A stretch of 64,000 nucleotides of DNA from Candidatus Latescibacterota bacterium (GTDB taxonomy: Bacteria > Latescibacterota > UBA2968 > SICM01). The stretch lies in the NCBI GenBank assembly GCA_965217865.1, contig CBDCJO010000002.1, positions 3,168,001 to 3,232,000 on the forward strand, given 5' to 3'. A program made the translations under genes and the position numbers. Within the stretch, counting starts at the first letter, position 1. Every line of letters begins with the position of its first letter. Shown here one piece after another: positions 10,249 through 22,248 of this stretch. The notes under the pieces were generated by a model that ran no database searches, was not told the origin of the DNA, and saw only the letters and a program-made list of their open reading frames with translations.

Positions 10249-10740
10249 TCATCGGTGAAACTCCACTTGATCATCCCCTGAAAAACCAGCAGTTTGGGCG
10301 GTGATGATTTCAATATCATCCAATTTTATGATGATTGTTACCACATCGTGACCCGAAATATTCTTCCATCCATCCATCCATTTTCTAAGTATTCTCTCAG
10401 CTAGGAGGCGGTCGTTCAAAAAACCATAGGCTAGTTCATCGGTAATTTTGAGCACAAGTATGCTTTGGTATGAAAAAGCACTAATTATCCCTTTGCCTCC
10501 AGGAAGAAACTTGTCCTGGAATCTACGGGTATTATCAAAATAAATTTTATGGCGCTCCGATTCACTAGGTTTTTGACTCTGTGACTTGTGAATATAAATT
10601 CCTGCCGCTGTGGCCAACACACCAATGACTAGAAATGACGCCACAAATCGCTGCGTGCGAAACTTTCTGTCGCCATATTCTGCGACTATTGCCAGAACTA
10701 TGGCGATTACGGCCGTAATCGCAAAAAGAAAGGTGCCCAC
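10249..10740 (-). CDS. Hypothetical membrane protein with two N-terminal TM segments
   Basis: Two hydrophobic stretches followed by a soluble domain; 163 aa. Confidence 0.65.
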   Translation of the reverse strand: MGTFLFAITAVIAIVLAIVAEYGDRKFRTQRFVASFLVIGVLATAAGIYIHKSQSQKPSESERHKIYFDNTRRFQDKFLPGGKGIISAFSYQSILVLKITDELAYGFLNDRLLAERILRKWMDGWKNISGHDVVTIIIKLDDIEIITAQTAGFSGDDQVEFHR

Positions 10741-11194
10741 GGTTGCCCTCTTAAAGGTAAGGAGGAGTTATGACATTTATTGAATTGCTTGATTCGGAAA
10801 GTGATTTATTGTGGACGTTTGCCTTCCCTTGTTTCATGGGCCTGATTGTTTTCTGCATCTGGATTTTTTTCGGTGCTCCGTGTCGCGAACCAATAGGACA
10901 CGACTGCGGAACTAATGGGCAAAATCGAAAGGAACAAGTCAATAGCCAATCTGGGTTTATTGCACCACAAAAAAGCAGAAGAATTAGACAGGGCCCCATA
11001 ACGAATAGAAAAAACGCAGCGGCATAGGTTACTCAGACTCGGACAATGCTTCGTCTTTCTTTGATGTCCATGCGCGTTCCCTCAGGGCTTGTAAGGTGAA
11101 AATTCCCATCCAGCAACGCTCAGGCGGGAAAGATACTCGTCTTTCATGAAGGACATTATACCAGCCTTGGCGTTGGTTGGGTTGATGTGGCCGC

Positions 11195-11548
11195 TCAGAA
11201 ACGACGCCAAGGCGAATTTATACAGGACCATTCTCTCTGGTGGCGGGTTTTCCCTCGGAGATCGATTCCGGCCACCATGGCACCCTTCATCGCGGCATGC
11301 CTTTTTTTCCAAGTCATTCCCGTATAAGTGCCCAGGAAAGCGAACCGCACGCCTGCTCGCTGATCTAGACTCAAGGAGGCATCATCTACAGGGGTCTTTT
11401 TCATGGTTAACAAGACACCCAACACCACGCTTGGAAAAGTCATATTCTCGAAAATTTCAGCCTCTATCTCTTTCTGTGTTGGTCGGCTTTCGGACATTGC
11501 GCTTGGTGGAACCAATAGCAGCAAAACAAGAACGAGCCTCGGTGTCAT
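11195..11548 (-). CDS. Hypothetical secreted protein
   Basis: GAGGAG RBS and MTPRLVLVLLLLVPPSA signal peptide. Confidence 0.55.
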   Translation of the reverse strand: MTPRLVLVLLLLVPPSAMSESRPTQKEIEAEIFENMTFPSVVLGVLLTMKKTPVDDASLSLDQRAGVRFAFLGTYTGMTWKKRHAAMKGAMVAGIDLRGKTRHQREWSCINSPWRRF

Positions 11549-11577
11549 GGTGTATCTCTCCTCGTGAAGGTTAAGCC

Positions 11578-11853
11578 ATGTTGGGTAAAGATGCGAAATG
11601 CTCTTATTGTGACTCACCCGGAGGGGAAAAGACACTAAAAAACCAGGTGTGCATGCCACTTGGTGGACGTGTGCAATGTATTGACTTCTGTTTTCACCAC
11701 ATCGTTGCCGCCTTAAATGCTGGTGGAATCCGGACCGTAGCCAGTTGTTGTGGCCATGAAAAAATGCACGGCCGTATTGACCTGGAAGATGGAAGGGTAT
11801 TTGTGGTTGTGGATAAGACCGGTCAAGTTGTGTGGCAGAAAGGTGAGCAATAA
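11578..11853 (+). CDS. Phage-type small Cys-rich protein
   Basis: CIDFCFHHIVAALNAGGIRTVASCCGH motif. Confidence 0.6.
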   Translation: MLGKDAKCSYCDSPGGEKTLKNQVCMPLGGRVQCIDFCFHHIVAALNAGGIRTVASCCGHEKMHGRIDLEDGRVFVVVDKTGQVVWQKGEQ

Positions 11854-12089
11854 GCACACCCGTCCTTGCAGGAACCAGAGAGGGACCCATGATACCTCAT
11901 GGCTTTATCCATCCCTGGCACCGCATCGCGGGGCACCGAACCGTCGGCGCCTGTGGCAGGATCTCCAGTCGCCCTACGGGCTCCTTCCGCTCCTGCCACC
12001 CCATCGGACAAACTCAGTGACTTCATCATCCAATCCTCCTCACCCTCTACACTAAACTCAGCCGGGAAACTGTCGAGCTACATTCGAAA

Positions 12090-12352
12090 GGTGTGAAAAA
12101 AGAGAGGAGGCGACCCTGGACTTCCCGTGAGATAGGAATATCCACAAGATCCGGTGGGAAGGAGGATCGCCGTGAAGAAACATACGTCAGATACACCGCC
12201 TTTGTCCATACCTACCTGGGAGACCCTCCTTGCTCGGCGACAGCGCTTCATGGAGCAGAGCGTCAAGCAGGCGGCTGCGGGTGTCATCTCCGTTGTTGAG
12301 GCGTGCCTCCAGCCGGTCGCAGAGGGCCATGAGTTCATCGACCTTGGCGACG
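12090..12352. pseudogene. hsdS: IS256 5' end (+ strand, to ~12228) joined to a type I R-M hsdS 3' end (- strand)
   Basis: MKKHTSDTPPLSIPTWETL on plus; RIVAKVDELMALCDRLEARL...RSRLLDALLHEAL on minus. Confidence 0.7.
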
Positions 12353-12353
12353 A

Positions 12354-14399
12354 TGCGGTTGTGGACGCCTGGAGCCGCCGCGTCGTTGGCTGGGCGATGG
12401 CGACCCATCTGCGCGCCGAGCTGGTGCTCGAGGCGTTGAATATGGCGCTCTGGCAACGACAGCCGGAAGCCGTCATCCATCACTCCGACCAGGGATGTCA
12501 GTACACCTCCATTGCCTTCGGTCTACGGTGCTGTATCTATTCTGAGATAACAAGAGAAAAGCAGATAAAGGTCCAAGCAAGATTCAGGCAGCCTTGTGGA
12601 TGGTCTGGGATGTTCTTTGCCGATTGATTTCTATGCGGCGCTGCCGAGCCTCCTCCTTTCGACCTTGTCGGTGGTGAAGAATCTTTTGATGCTGGCCTTT
12701 ATGCCTCTGAAGAGGCGTGACATACTGTATTGCCCCGTGATAGCGTTCGGCGTTGTAGCTGTGAATGAAGGAATCAATCAGGCCTTCCAGTTGATGGAAT
12801 GTGAAGATGTCCTGGAAGCGCAGCCAGTCGTATTTGAATGTCCGGAAAAAGGCTTCGATCCAGGCGTTGTCCGTGGGTGTTTGATATCGGGCAAACAGCT
12901 GCGAGATGCCCAGGTCCTTGAAGAATTGGGCCATCGATTTGGCCTTCATCTGAGATCCGTGATCTGAGAGGGCTGTCAAGCTTATGGGCCCAGTGTCCAG
13001 GTCCAGCAGTCCTTCGTTGGCAAGGGCTTGATCCCAGGCCTGTTTGACCTGCTCCACGGTCGCGTTGAAGGAGAGCTTCCATCCTACGATCTTCCTGGAA
13101 TACACGTCGAGAATGGCGGTAAAATACAGGAACAAACCGAAAAATGGGATGTAGGTCAGGTCCCAGCTCCAGACCTGATTAGGACCTTCAGGTTTGACCT
13201 GGGGCTTGCTCTGCTTGACCGGCGTCCTCACCTGTTTCCTGCGTGCCAGACGTTCTTTCCTGGCCTGTCGGTAGAAGCTGGAGGCCGAGGCCTGCACTAC
13301 CCCCTTCTCTGAGGCTACCACCGCCAGCTGATGGGGAGGCAGATCGGCATAGGTCTCATCCCTTAAGAGGGCCGGGATTTGCTCTTTCTCCTCCCTCAGC
13401 AATCCGTGTGGGGCCTCATCAGGGGCGGGCCCGGGCTTCCCATCCAAAAGCGGGTCCGACACCCCATCCAGCTTCTCTTCTCGATCTCGCCGGCTCCAGG
13501 CACAATACCGCTGGAGGGGAAGCTGTAGGATCTCGCAAGAACGGGTGAGTTTCACCCCTTTCTCCTTGGCCCGATGGACCATTAAGAGGATCTCGCGTTT
13601 GACCTCAGCTTGCACCCGGTGGCCCTTGATCGGGCCTGTCAGATCCCATTCACACTTTTTTTTAGCAGGGAAAGTTCCACAGATTGCTCAATGATCGTTT
13701 GCTCCAGGCGTGCCCGCTCTTTGCGCAGCTGCTCCACCTCCTCAGCCGATACCATCGGCTTGCGGCTCCGGCGACCCTTGAACTCCTTGAGGGCCCCGGA
13801 CTTGACCGACTCACGAATACGCTTTAGATCCGAGGAATGAATGCCCCATTTCCGCAGCACCTGTGCAATGGGAACATCTCCCCGGCTGGCTTCAAGGAAA
13901 ATCTCATACTTCTGTTCCGGGGACAAGCTCCTGCGCTTCTTGACCGGGTCACTGTTTGAGGACAGTTGCTCCATCTTTACTCCTCCTGTGAGGTCAGGGA
14001 TATCCCAAAATATGTATCCCTTCTCAACCCTACAGGCAACCAGGATCTTGCTTCGACCTTGCCCCCGTTTTTTCGGGCGATCTCAGACAAAAGATAGTGC
14101 CGCAAGGCCGGTGTCCGGCCTTCTATGGGTTCCACCGGTGATTGCTACGACAACGCGTTATGCGAGAGCTTCTTCGCCACGCTTGAATGCGAACGCCTGG
14201 ATCGCCGAAACTACCGCACACAGGCCGAAGCCCGGATGTCCGTATTTCAATACATCGAGGGCTGGTACAACCTCCATCGGCGACACTCAGCACCCGGATA
14301 TCTCTCTCCAATGAACTTCGAGAAGACCTCCAGCGATGTCGCCCTTGCAGCCGACTGAATCGAAACTGATAAACCGTCCGCTAAACCGGGGTAACTCCA
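12354..14399 (+). mobile_element. IS3-family element type B, 3' part, interrupted by a type A copy
   Basis: Near-identical to 40075-40547; ends AAACCGGGGTAACTCCA. Confidence 0.9.
12532..14096 (-). mobile_element. IS3-family element type A, complete (1565 bp); orfA 13639-13974, orfB 12584-13615; 4-bp TSD GTGC
   Basis: rve motifs WSWDLTY, SDHGSQM, DNAWIEAFF; A8G slippery site; GTGC at 12528-31 and 14097-100. Confidence 0.95.
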
Positions 14400-14432
14400 A
14401 CTCAACTGCGAGAAGATTAGGGAGCGTATTGC

Positions 14433-15070
14433 GTGAGCATTGTGCACTCTTACGCCGTCGGGAGCGGCGACATGTTTTCAATCCGACATGACTCGGATAA
14501 CTGCACGATCATTGATTGCAGCATTTCGAAGGACGATCAAGACTGTCTATTGGGGGAGATTGACAAGCAACGTAAAGGCAAGGCAATCACGCGATTCATA
14601 TCCACACATCCAGACCAAGACCACCTAATGGGCCTGTCGGCACTGGACGACCATATTAAGATCTTGAACTTTTATGTAGTGAAGAACAATGCCACAAAGG
14701 ACGACGAAACCGACGACTTCAAGCGCTACAAGAACCTACGGGACGGAGACAAGGCCTTTTACATCCATAAAGGATGTACCAGAAGGTGGATAAATCAGAG
14801 TAATGAGGAGCGCGGCCATTCAGGCATCAACGTCTGGTGGCCTGTGACTTCTAACGAGGACTTCAAGCAGGCGCTGCAGGATGCGGCCGATGGCATGAGT
14901 CCGAACAACATCTCTCCCGTGATTACCTGTTCTCTCGAAAACGGTGTCAAGATGGCTTGGTTTGGAGATCTTGAGACGGAGTTCATGGAAAAGATCGCAG
15001 ACGAGATTTCGTGGCCCGAGGTTGACATTGTGTTTGCACCACACCATGGACGGGATAGCGGCAAGATCCC
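14433..15070 (+). pseudogene. ComEC/Rec2-like metallo-beta-lactamase-fold hydrolase, probably 3'-truncated
   Basis: VGSGDMF, STHPDQDHLMG, FGDLE, APHHGRDSG. Confidence 0.8.
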
Positions 15071-15089
15071 TGCTCTATTAGATGAAATC

Positions 15090-15118
15090 TTGACGAATAT
15101 CTCGAAAAAGTGTATTCT
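15090..15118 (+). promoter_or_regulatory. Sigma70-like promoter
   Basis: TTGACG-N17-TATTCT. Confidence 0.45.
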
Positions 15119-15715
15119 ATACAACGTCTCGAAGGGGGATGGGTAGGATGAACACCTAAGAAAGAAAATGGGATACTTGGAGGGTAACGCCGAAAAAAAG
15201 ACTCATATCCTGGGTGGGATTGTACATAATTCTCTATATGTTTTCTACAGGCTGGTCCTGCTACTTGTAATCTTCTACTTGTTCTTTAACTACTTTGTAT
15301 GGTGACCCGTTTGGTTGTGTAAACTCTTGGGCCTCTCTGTCTCCTGTGGACGAATCGGGCCGTCAGGGGCGGTTCTGGTCCGGGAAAGAGGCTATTCCAC
15401 GAGCCGAAGCTGTTCTCTTGGGTGGCATAGCAAGCTTCGAGGGGCAGGGGACCAGCACCACCACCGGCCACTTCGAGTCAGTCTGTCATTATCACTAATC
15501 ATTGCAGCGGAATAATGGCGACACAGCAAGCGATTGCCCAACTTAAAACTGCGCTCGAGCGCTTAGAATCCATCGGTACGCAGAAGCTCTTTCGTCCTAA
15601 CCTGGGAGACGAGTCACTGCAATCAGAGCTCGAGCCGAAACTGAATAGGGTTTTGGACTTTGCTCGGTTCGCCCTTGAGTACGCGACAGAAGTGGCAGAT
15701 AGACAAGTTGACGCT

Positions 15716-15920
15716 GTGGCCGGGAGGCGGGGTCTACCTGAGCAATGAGGGGAGGACGAGCCTGATCAAGGCATGGGAGGCCCACAAGGAAGCGGAGATA
15801 TATCATGCTATTTCCGATCGACAGATAGGCAGGTGGGCATTGCCATCGGTCCAGGCGACGCTGCTCGCACGACATCTGCGCGGTGATCTACCGGCCTATC
15901 CACCCTTCGTCATGCCGTGA
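15716..15920 (+). pseudogene. cas1: cas1 3' fragment (type I-G/I-C-like)
   Basis: GGGVYLSNEGR...QATLLARHLRGDLPAYPPF. Confidence 0.9.
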
Positions 15921-15923
15921 GCT

Positions 15924-16214
15924 ATGGACCTTCTGGTCACCTACGACATCGCCGACACGGAAGGCCTGGGAGCGTCTCGACTCAGGCGTATCGCCGAAGT
16001 CTGCGAGAAGTACGGTCAACGGGTGCAGCTATCGGTATTCGAGTGTCGCCTGTCCCATGAGCGGTTGGCTCGCATGATCAACGAGATGCAGGATGTCATC
16101 GACAGTCATCGTGATTCGGTGATCGTGTATCGCTTCCCCGGGCACTTGGAGGAGGCCAGACTGCGCTTCGGTCGGAGCCAACCTCACGAGTTGGGCCAAC
16201 CTTGGGTGCTTTGA
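15924..16214 (+). CDS. cas2: CRISPR-associated endoribonuclease Cas2
   Basis: LVTYDIAD...RLRRIAEVCEKYGQRVQLSVFEC. Confidence 0.95.
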   Translation: MDLLVTYDIADTEGLGASRLRRIAEVCEKYGQRVQLSVFECRLSHERLARMINEMQDVIDSHRDSVIVYRFPGHLEEARLRFGRSQPHELGQPWVL

Positions 16215-16418
16215 CTCATCTGCGAACCCTCGGTGATCCTGGGGAGCCGCGTCACAAGCGGCGTCTTTAGGGCCGGTTTTTCCCGATTGTGCCGATTTCT
16301 CTTAACTGGTATCGTTCGTAAGGCTGTGAATCTACCGCAAACACGTCACCTCCGACGGCTCCCCGCCTTGCGAAAAGGCCATGTTTCGCCTTGAATCCCC
16401 CTTTTCCCAGGATTAGCA

Positions 16419-16512
16419 GTGTCGCCGGGGTATGCGCCCCAGCCTTCGTTGAGCGCGGGAGCAGGAGATCGCACCCCGTGTGACAGAAGCGGTGTCGCCG
16501 GGGTATGCGCCC
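16419..16512 (+). CRISPR. CRISPR stub: 37-bp repeat GTGTCGCCGGGGTATGCGCCCCAGCCTTCGTTGAGCG (16419-16455), 36-bp spacer, first 21 bp of a second repeat; leader 16215-16418
   Basis: Direct repeat with GGGG/CCCC hairpin about 200 bp after cas2. Confidence 0.9.
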
Positions 16513-16549
16513 TTGGCCCGCCAAATTGCCGGCGACAAGGGCGTCGCCA

Positions 16550-16872
16550 CGCCTGAATACGCATCAGAAAGCTGCGTTGTACAAAGTCTTTCTGCCAGAG
16601 GAAGCCAAACGGATTGCAGACAAGATTGACATGCATTTCACACCCAAGCGCGGCAGTTGGCTCAACATCGCCGAAATCGGCCTGAACGTCCTCTACCGTC
16701 AGTGTCTGGATCGACGCATCTCTACCATCCAACAACTCGGCAAGGAAGTGAAAGCTTGGCTCACAGAGCGGGATCAGAATCCACCCATCGTCAACTGGCG
16801 CTTCAACACCAAAGATGCACGCATCAAGCTGAAGCGCCTCTATCCCGCACTCCTACCTGGGTGAACCACTAG
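16550..16872 (+). mobile_element. IS630-family transposase 3' fragment
   Basis: HFTPKRGSWLNIAEI...WRFNTKDARIKLKRLYP. Confidence 0.85.
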
Positions 16873-16888
16873 CCTTCAGGGATGCCTG

Positions 16889-19800
16889 ATGAGATCACGA
16901 ACACCCGCAAGTGTGGTCGTCCTCTGCATCGCGTGCATCGTAGTTGGCGTGTCCGCTGCGGAGCAATCAGGACAGATCACGGGCGTCGTCGTCGACGTGA
17001 CGGACGGCGTGCTGCCCGGCGTGTCGGTCAGGCTGGGCGGCGCTCCGAGCGGCCCGCAGCAGGTGCAGACGGATGCGCGGGGCCGGTTTGCGTTCACCGG
17101 CCTCTCGCCCGGCGTCTACAGGGTGTCCGTCTACCTGAACGGGTTCGGCGAGGCGGCCGTGAACGACGTCGCGGTTGCGGGCGATCCGGTGGCGCTTCTT
17201 TCCATCACGTTGCGGCGGGCCGCGTTCGACGACGTCGCGGTCGTCACTGCGACCCGGGTCGAGGAGCCGCTGCAGCAGGTGCCGATGAGCATCTCCGCGG
17301 TGACCGGCGCGGACATCGAGCGTCGGGCGATCGGGAACCTGACGGAGCTGTCGCACTGGACGCCCGGCTTGACCGTGGTCGATCAGGGCGCACGCGGCAG
17401 CAACGTCATCATCGCGCGCGGCCTGCACACGGATGCGCTGAACGGATCGGAGGCGGCCGGCAACAACTACAATAACGGCGTTGCCACCTACCTCGGCGAC
17501 ATTCCGCTCGCCGTCGACCTCCGGCTGCACGACATCGAACGCGTCGAGGTGCTGCTCGGACCGCAGGGGACGCTGTACGGCGCCGGCACGCTGGCCGGAG
17601 CGGTGCGCTACCTGCCTCGTCGCCCGGACACCGAACGCCGCACGCTGGACGTCCGCGGCGACCTGTTCGGCTTGGCGCACGGCGGCGCCCCCGGAACCGA
17701 CGCCGGCCTGACCTTCAACCTGCTGTATCTATTCTGAGATAACAAGAGAAAAGCAGATAAAGGTCCAAGCAAGATTCAGGCAGCCTTGTGGATGGTCTGG
17801 GATGTTCTTTGCCGATTGATTTCTATGCGGCGCTGCCGAGCCTCCTCCTTTCGACCTTGTCGGTGGTGAAGAATCTTTTGATGCTGGCCTTTATGCCTCT
17901 GAAGAGGCGTGACATACTGTATTGCCCCGTGATAGCGTTCGGCGTTGTAGCTGTGAATGAAGGAATCAATCAGGCCTTCCAGTTGATGGAATGTGAAGAT
18001 GTCCTGGAAGCGCAGCCAGTCGTATTTGAATGTCCGGAAAAAGGCTTCGATCCAGGCGTTGTCCGTGGGTGTTTGATATCGGGCAAACAGCTGCGAGATG
18101 CCCAGGTCCTTGAAGAATTGGGCCATCGATTTGGCCTTCATCTGAGATCCGTGATCTGAGAGGGCTGTCAAGCTTATGGGCCCAGTGTCCAGGTCCAGCA
18201 GTCCTTCGTTGGCAAGGGCTTGATCCCAGGCCTGTTTGACCTGCTCCACGGTCGCGTTGAAGGAGAGCTTCCATCCTACGATCTTCCTGGAATACACGTC
18301 GAGAATGGCGGTAAAATACAGGAACAAACCGAAAAATGGGATGTAGGTCAGGTCCCAGCTCCAGACCTGATTAGGACCTTCAGGTTTGACCTGGGGCTTG
18401 CTCTGCTTGACCGGCGTCCTCACCTGTTTCCTGCGTGCCAGACGTTCTTTCCTGGCCTGTCGGTAGAAGCTGGAGGCCGAGGCCTGCACTACCCCCTTCT
18501 CTGAGGCTACCACCGCCAGCTGATGGGGAGGCAGATCGGCATAGGTCTCATCCCTTAAGAGGGCCGAGATTTGCTCTTTCTCCTCCCTCAGCAATCCGTG
18601 TGGGGCCTTATCAGGGGCGGGCCCGGGCTTCCCATCCAAAAGCGGGTCCGACACCCCATCCAGCTTCTCTTCTCGATCTCGCCGGCTCCAGGCACAATAC
18701 CGCTGGAGGGGAAGCTGTAGGATCTCGCAAGAACGGGTGAGTTTCACCCCTTTCTCCTTGGCCCGATGGACCATTAAGAGGATCTCGCGTTTGACCTCAG
18801 CTTGCACCCGGTGGCCCTTGATCGGGCCTGTCAGATCCCATTCACACTTTTTTTAGCAGGGAAAGTTCCACAGATTGCTCAATGATCGTTTGCTCCAGGC
18901 GTGCCCGCTCTTTGCGCAGCTGCTCCACCTCCTCAGCCGATACCATCGGCTTGCGGCTCCGGCGACCCTTGAACTCCTTGAGGGCCCCGGACTTGACCGA
19001 CTCACGAATACGCTTTAGATCCGAGGAATGAATGCCCCATTTCCGCAGCACCTGTGCAATGGGAACATCTCCCCGGCTGGCTTCAAGGAAAATCTCATAC
19101 TTCTGTTCCGGGGACAAGCTCCTGCGCTTCTTGACCGGGTCACTGTTTGAGGACAGTTGCTCCATCTTTACTCCTCCTGTGAGGTCAGGGATATCCCAAA
19201 ATATGTATCCCTTCTCAACCCTACAGGCAACCAGGATCTTGCTTCGACCTTGCCCCCGTTTTTTCGGGCGATCTCAGACAAAAGATACTGCCGCTCGTCA
19301 CGCGGAAGCTGGCGCTGCGCGGCTCCGTCGATCGCTACGGCGCCCCTGGGTTCATCGACTACAACTACCTGTTGCGCACGCCGGGCGTCTCCGAGCCGGA
19401 CCTGACCGATCCCGAGGCGGTGGAGGCGAACCTCCGCCGGGAGCCCGACGCGAACACCGAGGAGACGCTCTCCGCGCGGCTCTCCCTGCTCTGGGAGCCG
19501 GCGTCGGACCTCTCGGCCCTCGTCGCGTACCACTTGCAGGATCAGTGGGTCGGGGCGCGGCAGATCAACCACGTGCGGTCTTTCGGCACGGATCGCTACG
19601 TCTCCGCGCACCGCTTCGTCGAGCCCAACGACCGGAAGAACGAGCTGTTGAGCCTGGAGGTGACCTGGGCGCTGGGTAGCACGGAACTGACGTCCGAGAC
19701 CGGCTACTCCCGCTTCGTGGAGCGCGGCCAGCGCGACCAGACCGACCTCCTCATCCAGGAGTTCGGCATCGCGGGACTGCTGCCCGGCACGTTCCCGGCG

Positions 19801-20830
19801 CTCGCGCGGGCGCAGGCGATCGATTCGGGCGTCACCGCCACCGACCTGACGTCCGGGTTCCGCTCGTTTGCCGCCTATACGCGGGAAGACGCGCGGGAGG
19901 AGCGCTTCAACTGGGAGGTGCGGCTGGTCTCGACCGGCGACGGGCCGTGGCACTGGGTCGGCGGCGCGTTCTTCAACAACTACGACAGCCGCGCGACGAG
20001 CTTCGAGTACGCGCCCGGGCTGTCGGAGTTCTCCGGTGTTACGCCGATCCTGGGTGGGAGCCCGGTGTCCGAGCCGGTCGAGTACTACAACCTCGGGGTG
20101 CAGGACGTTGAAGAGCGTGCCCTGTTCGGCAAGGTCACGCGCGACCTCGGCGACCGGTGGCGCGTGACGGGCGGCGGCCGCTGGTTCGGCTACGGCATCG
20201 CGACCGGCAGCCTCAGCGAGTTCGAGTCCGACGACCGCGGCTTCCTGTTCAAGGGGAGCGTCAGCTACCGGCTCGACGACCAGACGAACGCGTACTTCAC
20301 CCGGTCGGAGGGGTACCGCATCGGCGGCGGCAACAACTTCCGGGTCTGCACCGACGCGGAGATCGCGCTGCTCACGGACGCTGATGACAGCAACGACCCG
20401 CCGCAGTCGGGTTGCATCTACGCCGATCAGGCGCTCATCCGGCCGGACAAGACGACCAACTACGAGGTGGGGCTGCGCCACTCATGGCGCGACGAACGGT
20501 TCACCCTCAGCGCGACCGTGTTCCACGTCGACTGGACCGACATCCAGGTGGCGGGGCTTACCCCGTTCAGTGCGGAGCCGATCACGCTGAACGGCGGCGG
20601 GGCGGTGAGCCGCGGTGTCGAGGTGGCGTCGGCGGCCAGCGTGACGAACGCGTTGCGCCTTCGCGGGTCGTGGTCGTATACGCGGGCGGATCTCAGTCAG
20701 GACTCGCCCGGCCTGCTCGACGACGGCGCCGACGCCTTCGAGGGCGACCGGCTTCCGGGCGCGCCGCTACTTCGCCAACGTGCTCGCCCCGCGGCGGGCC
20801 GGCGTCCGCATCCGATACTCCCTCTGGTGA
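16889..20830 (+). pseudogene. TonB-dependent receptor, IS-interrupted and with two internal deletions
   Basis: Signal peptide, VVTATRVEEPLQQVP and GPQGTLYGAGTLAGAV plug motifs; frame rejoins across the IS (FNLPLVTRK); likely true C-terminus RYFANVLAPRRAGVRIRYSLW* is in a shifted frame ending 20830. Confidence 0.9.
17724..19287 (-). mobile_element. IS3-family element type A, complete (1564 bp); 4-bp TSD CTGC; slippery run one A shorter
   Basis: CTGC at 17720-23 and 19288-91; near-identical to 12532-14096. Confidence 0.95.
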
Positions 20831-21039
20831 GGTCCGCAAAAGACGTGGTCACGGGCGCCAACAGCCATTTTATCCGAGGCGTCGAAGATATGAAGAAATA
20901 AATATCTGTCCCGGATATAGAGAGATACCTGAGTCGCATCTTATTAGAGTTTTATCCACCTCTGAGGGTTGGTACGTGGATCTTTTTAGTGTCTCAGCCA
21001 GACGGTTCTGTTTTGAGGAAGGAGGCCGTAGTCCGATGA

Positions 21040-21225
21040 TGAATGCCGGGAATCTCCCAGCTGGATACGCGATTCCTGCCCACCATTTTCGTTCCTACAC
21101 CCACACTACCGGAATCAGCGAGACGATCGAACTAGCGCGCGCCTTGGATCAACTGCCTCGACGGCTGATCGTATTCGGCATCGAAGGGAAGACTTTGGGG
21201 ACGGTACGGGACTCTCAGAACCCGT
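21040..21225 (+). pseudogene. Hydrogenase maturation protease fragment
   Basis: THTTGISETIELARALDQLPRRLIVFGIEG. Confidence 0.65.
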
Positions 21226-21319
21226 TCAGGCGGCCGTGAGTGAGACGATAGAACGCGTTAAGAAAGAGGCTTCCATTCCTGGGGATTCCGACCAGGCTGA
21301 CTCTCAAATTGCAACCATA

Positions 21320-21778
21320 ACCCGTACGCGGCGTCCTCCCAGGGATCGGATAAACTGTCTGCTTTCCTTCATCTATGCCTTGGTCCGCCACGATTGTTTG
21401 GCTGCGTTGACGACCGCTGGACTGGACCCATACGTCGGGTGGCTCCATGCGACGCGCGCGGGGAGGCCCGCCTGCGCCTTGGATCTGATGGAGGAATTCC
21501 GGCCCTGTTTGGCGGAGAGACTGGCGTTAACCCTGATCAACCGCCGTCAAATAGAGACCAGGCATTTTCGTGAACGAGAAGGCGGCGCCGTGGAATTCAC
21601 CGACCGGGGCAGGAAAGAGGTTATCCAGGCTTGGCAACAACGCAAGCAAACGGAAGTCAAACACGCCCTGTTCAAGCAAAACATCCGTTTAGGGCAAGTC
21701 TTCAGTATTCAAGCCAAGTTATTGGCCCGGAATCTCCGCGGCGATGTCCCTGACTATATCCCCTTCATTTCAAAATAA
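21320..21778 (+). pseudogene. cas1: Type I-C cas1 3' half
   Basis: RTRRPPRDRINCLLSFIY...GLDPYVGWLH...ALDLMEEFRP. Confidence 0.95.
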
Positions 21779-22068
21779 TGTTTATCCTGATCGCGTACGA
21801 CGTTTCGACCACGGACAAACCTGGGCAAAAACGACTGCGCCGGGTGGCAAGAGCCTGTGAGGATTACGGTGTCCGGGTTCAAAAATCGCTTTTTGAGTGT
21901 CAGGTCGGAAAAACCGAATGGGCAGTGCTCAGGAGTCGTCTGCTAAAAGAAATCGACCCTAGTCAGGATTCCCTCAGGTTCTATTACATGGACGAAGACT
22001 CCAGAAAGGAGACGGAGCATCACGGGATCAAAGAACCCGTGGACTTTAACGCGCCACTGATTTTATAG
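21778..22068 (+). CDS. cas2: CRISPR-associated endoribonuclease Cas2 (type I-C)
   Basis: MFILIAYDVST...RLRRVARACEDYGVRVQKSLFEC...DSLRFY. Confidence 0.95.
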   Translation: MFILIAYDVSTTDKPGQKRLRRVARACEDYGVRVQKSLFECQVGKTEWAVLRSRLLKEIDPSQDSLRFYYMDEDSRKETEHHGIKEPVDFNAPLIL

Positions 22069-22248
22069 CATGCGCGAATGCAAAGTAACGGAGTTTTTGC
22101 CGTGTATTCGCGCAGCTGGAAAGTGACTGTATAGCAACAGGTTCTCGCGTTTCTTGACAGTCGAGTCAGGAGTTCTTGACAATTATTCGATCGAATCGCG
22201 CATACACCTGTATAACCTTTTGGTATTCTGCTGGTTACAGCAGCCAGC

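Noticed and set aside
19168-20481. Long antisense ORFs (also 29046-30017, 38983-40200, 48477-49448, 53430-54401)
   Set aside because: Shadow frames of GC-rich or transposase genes.
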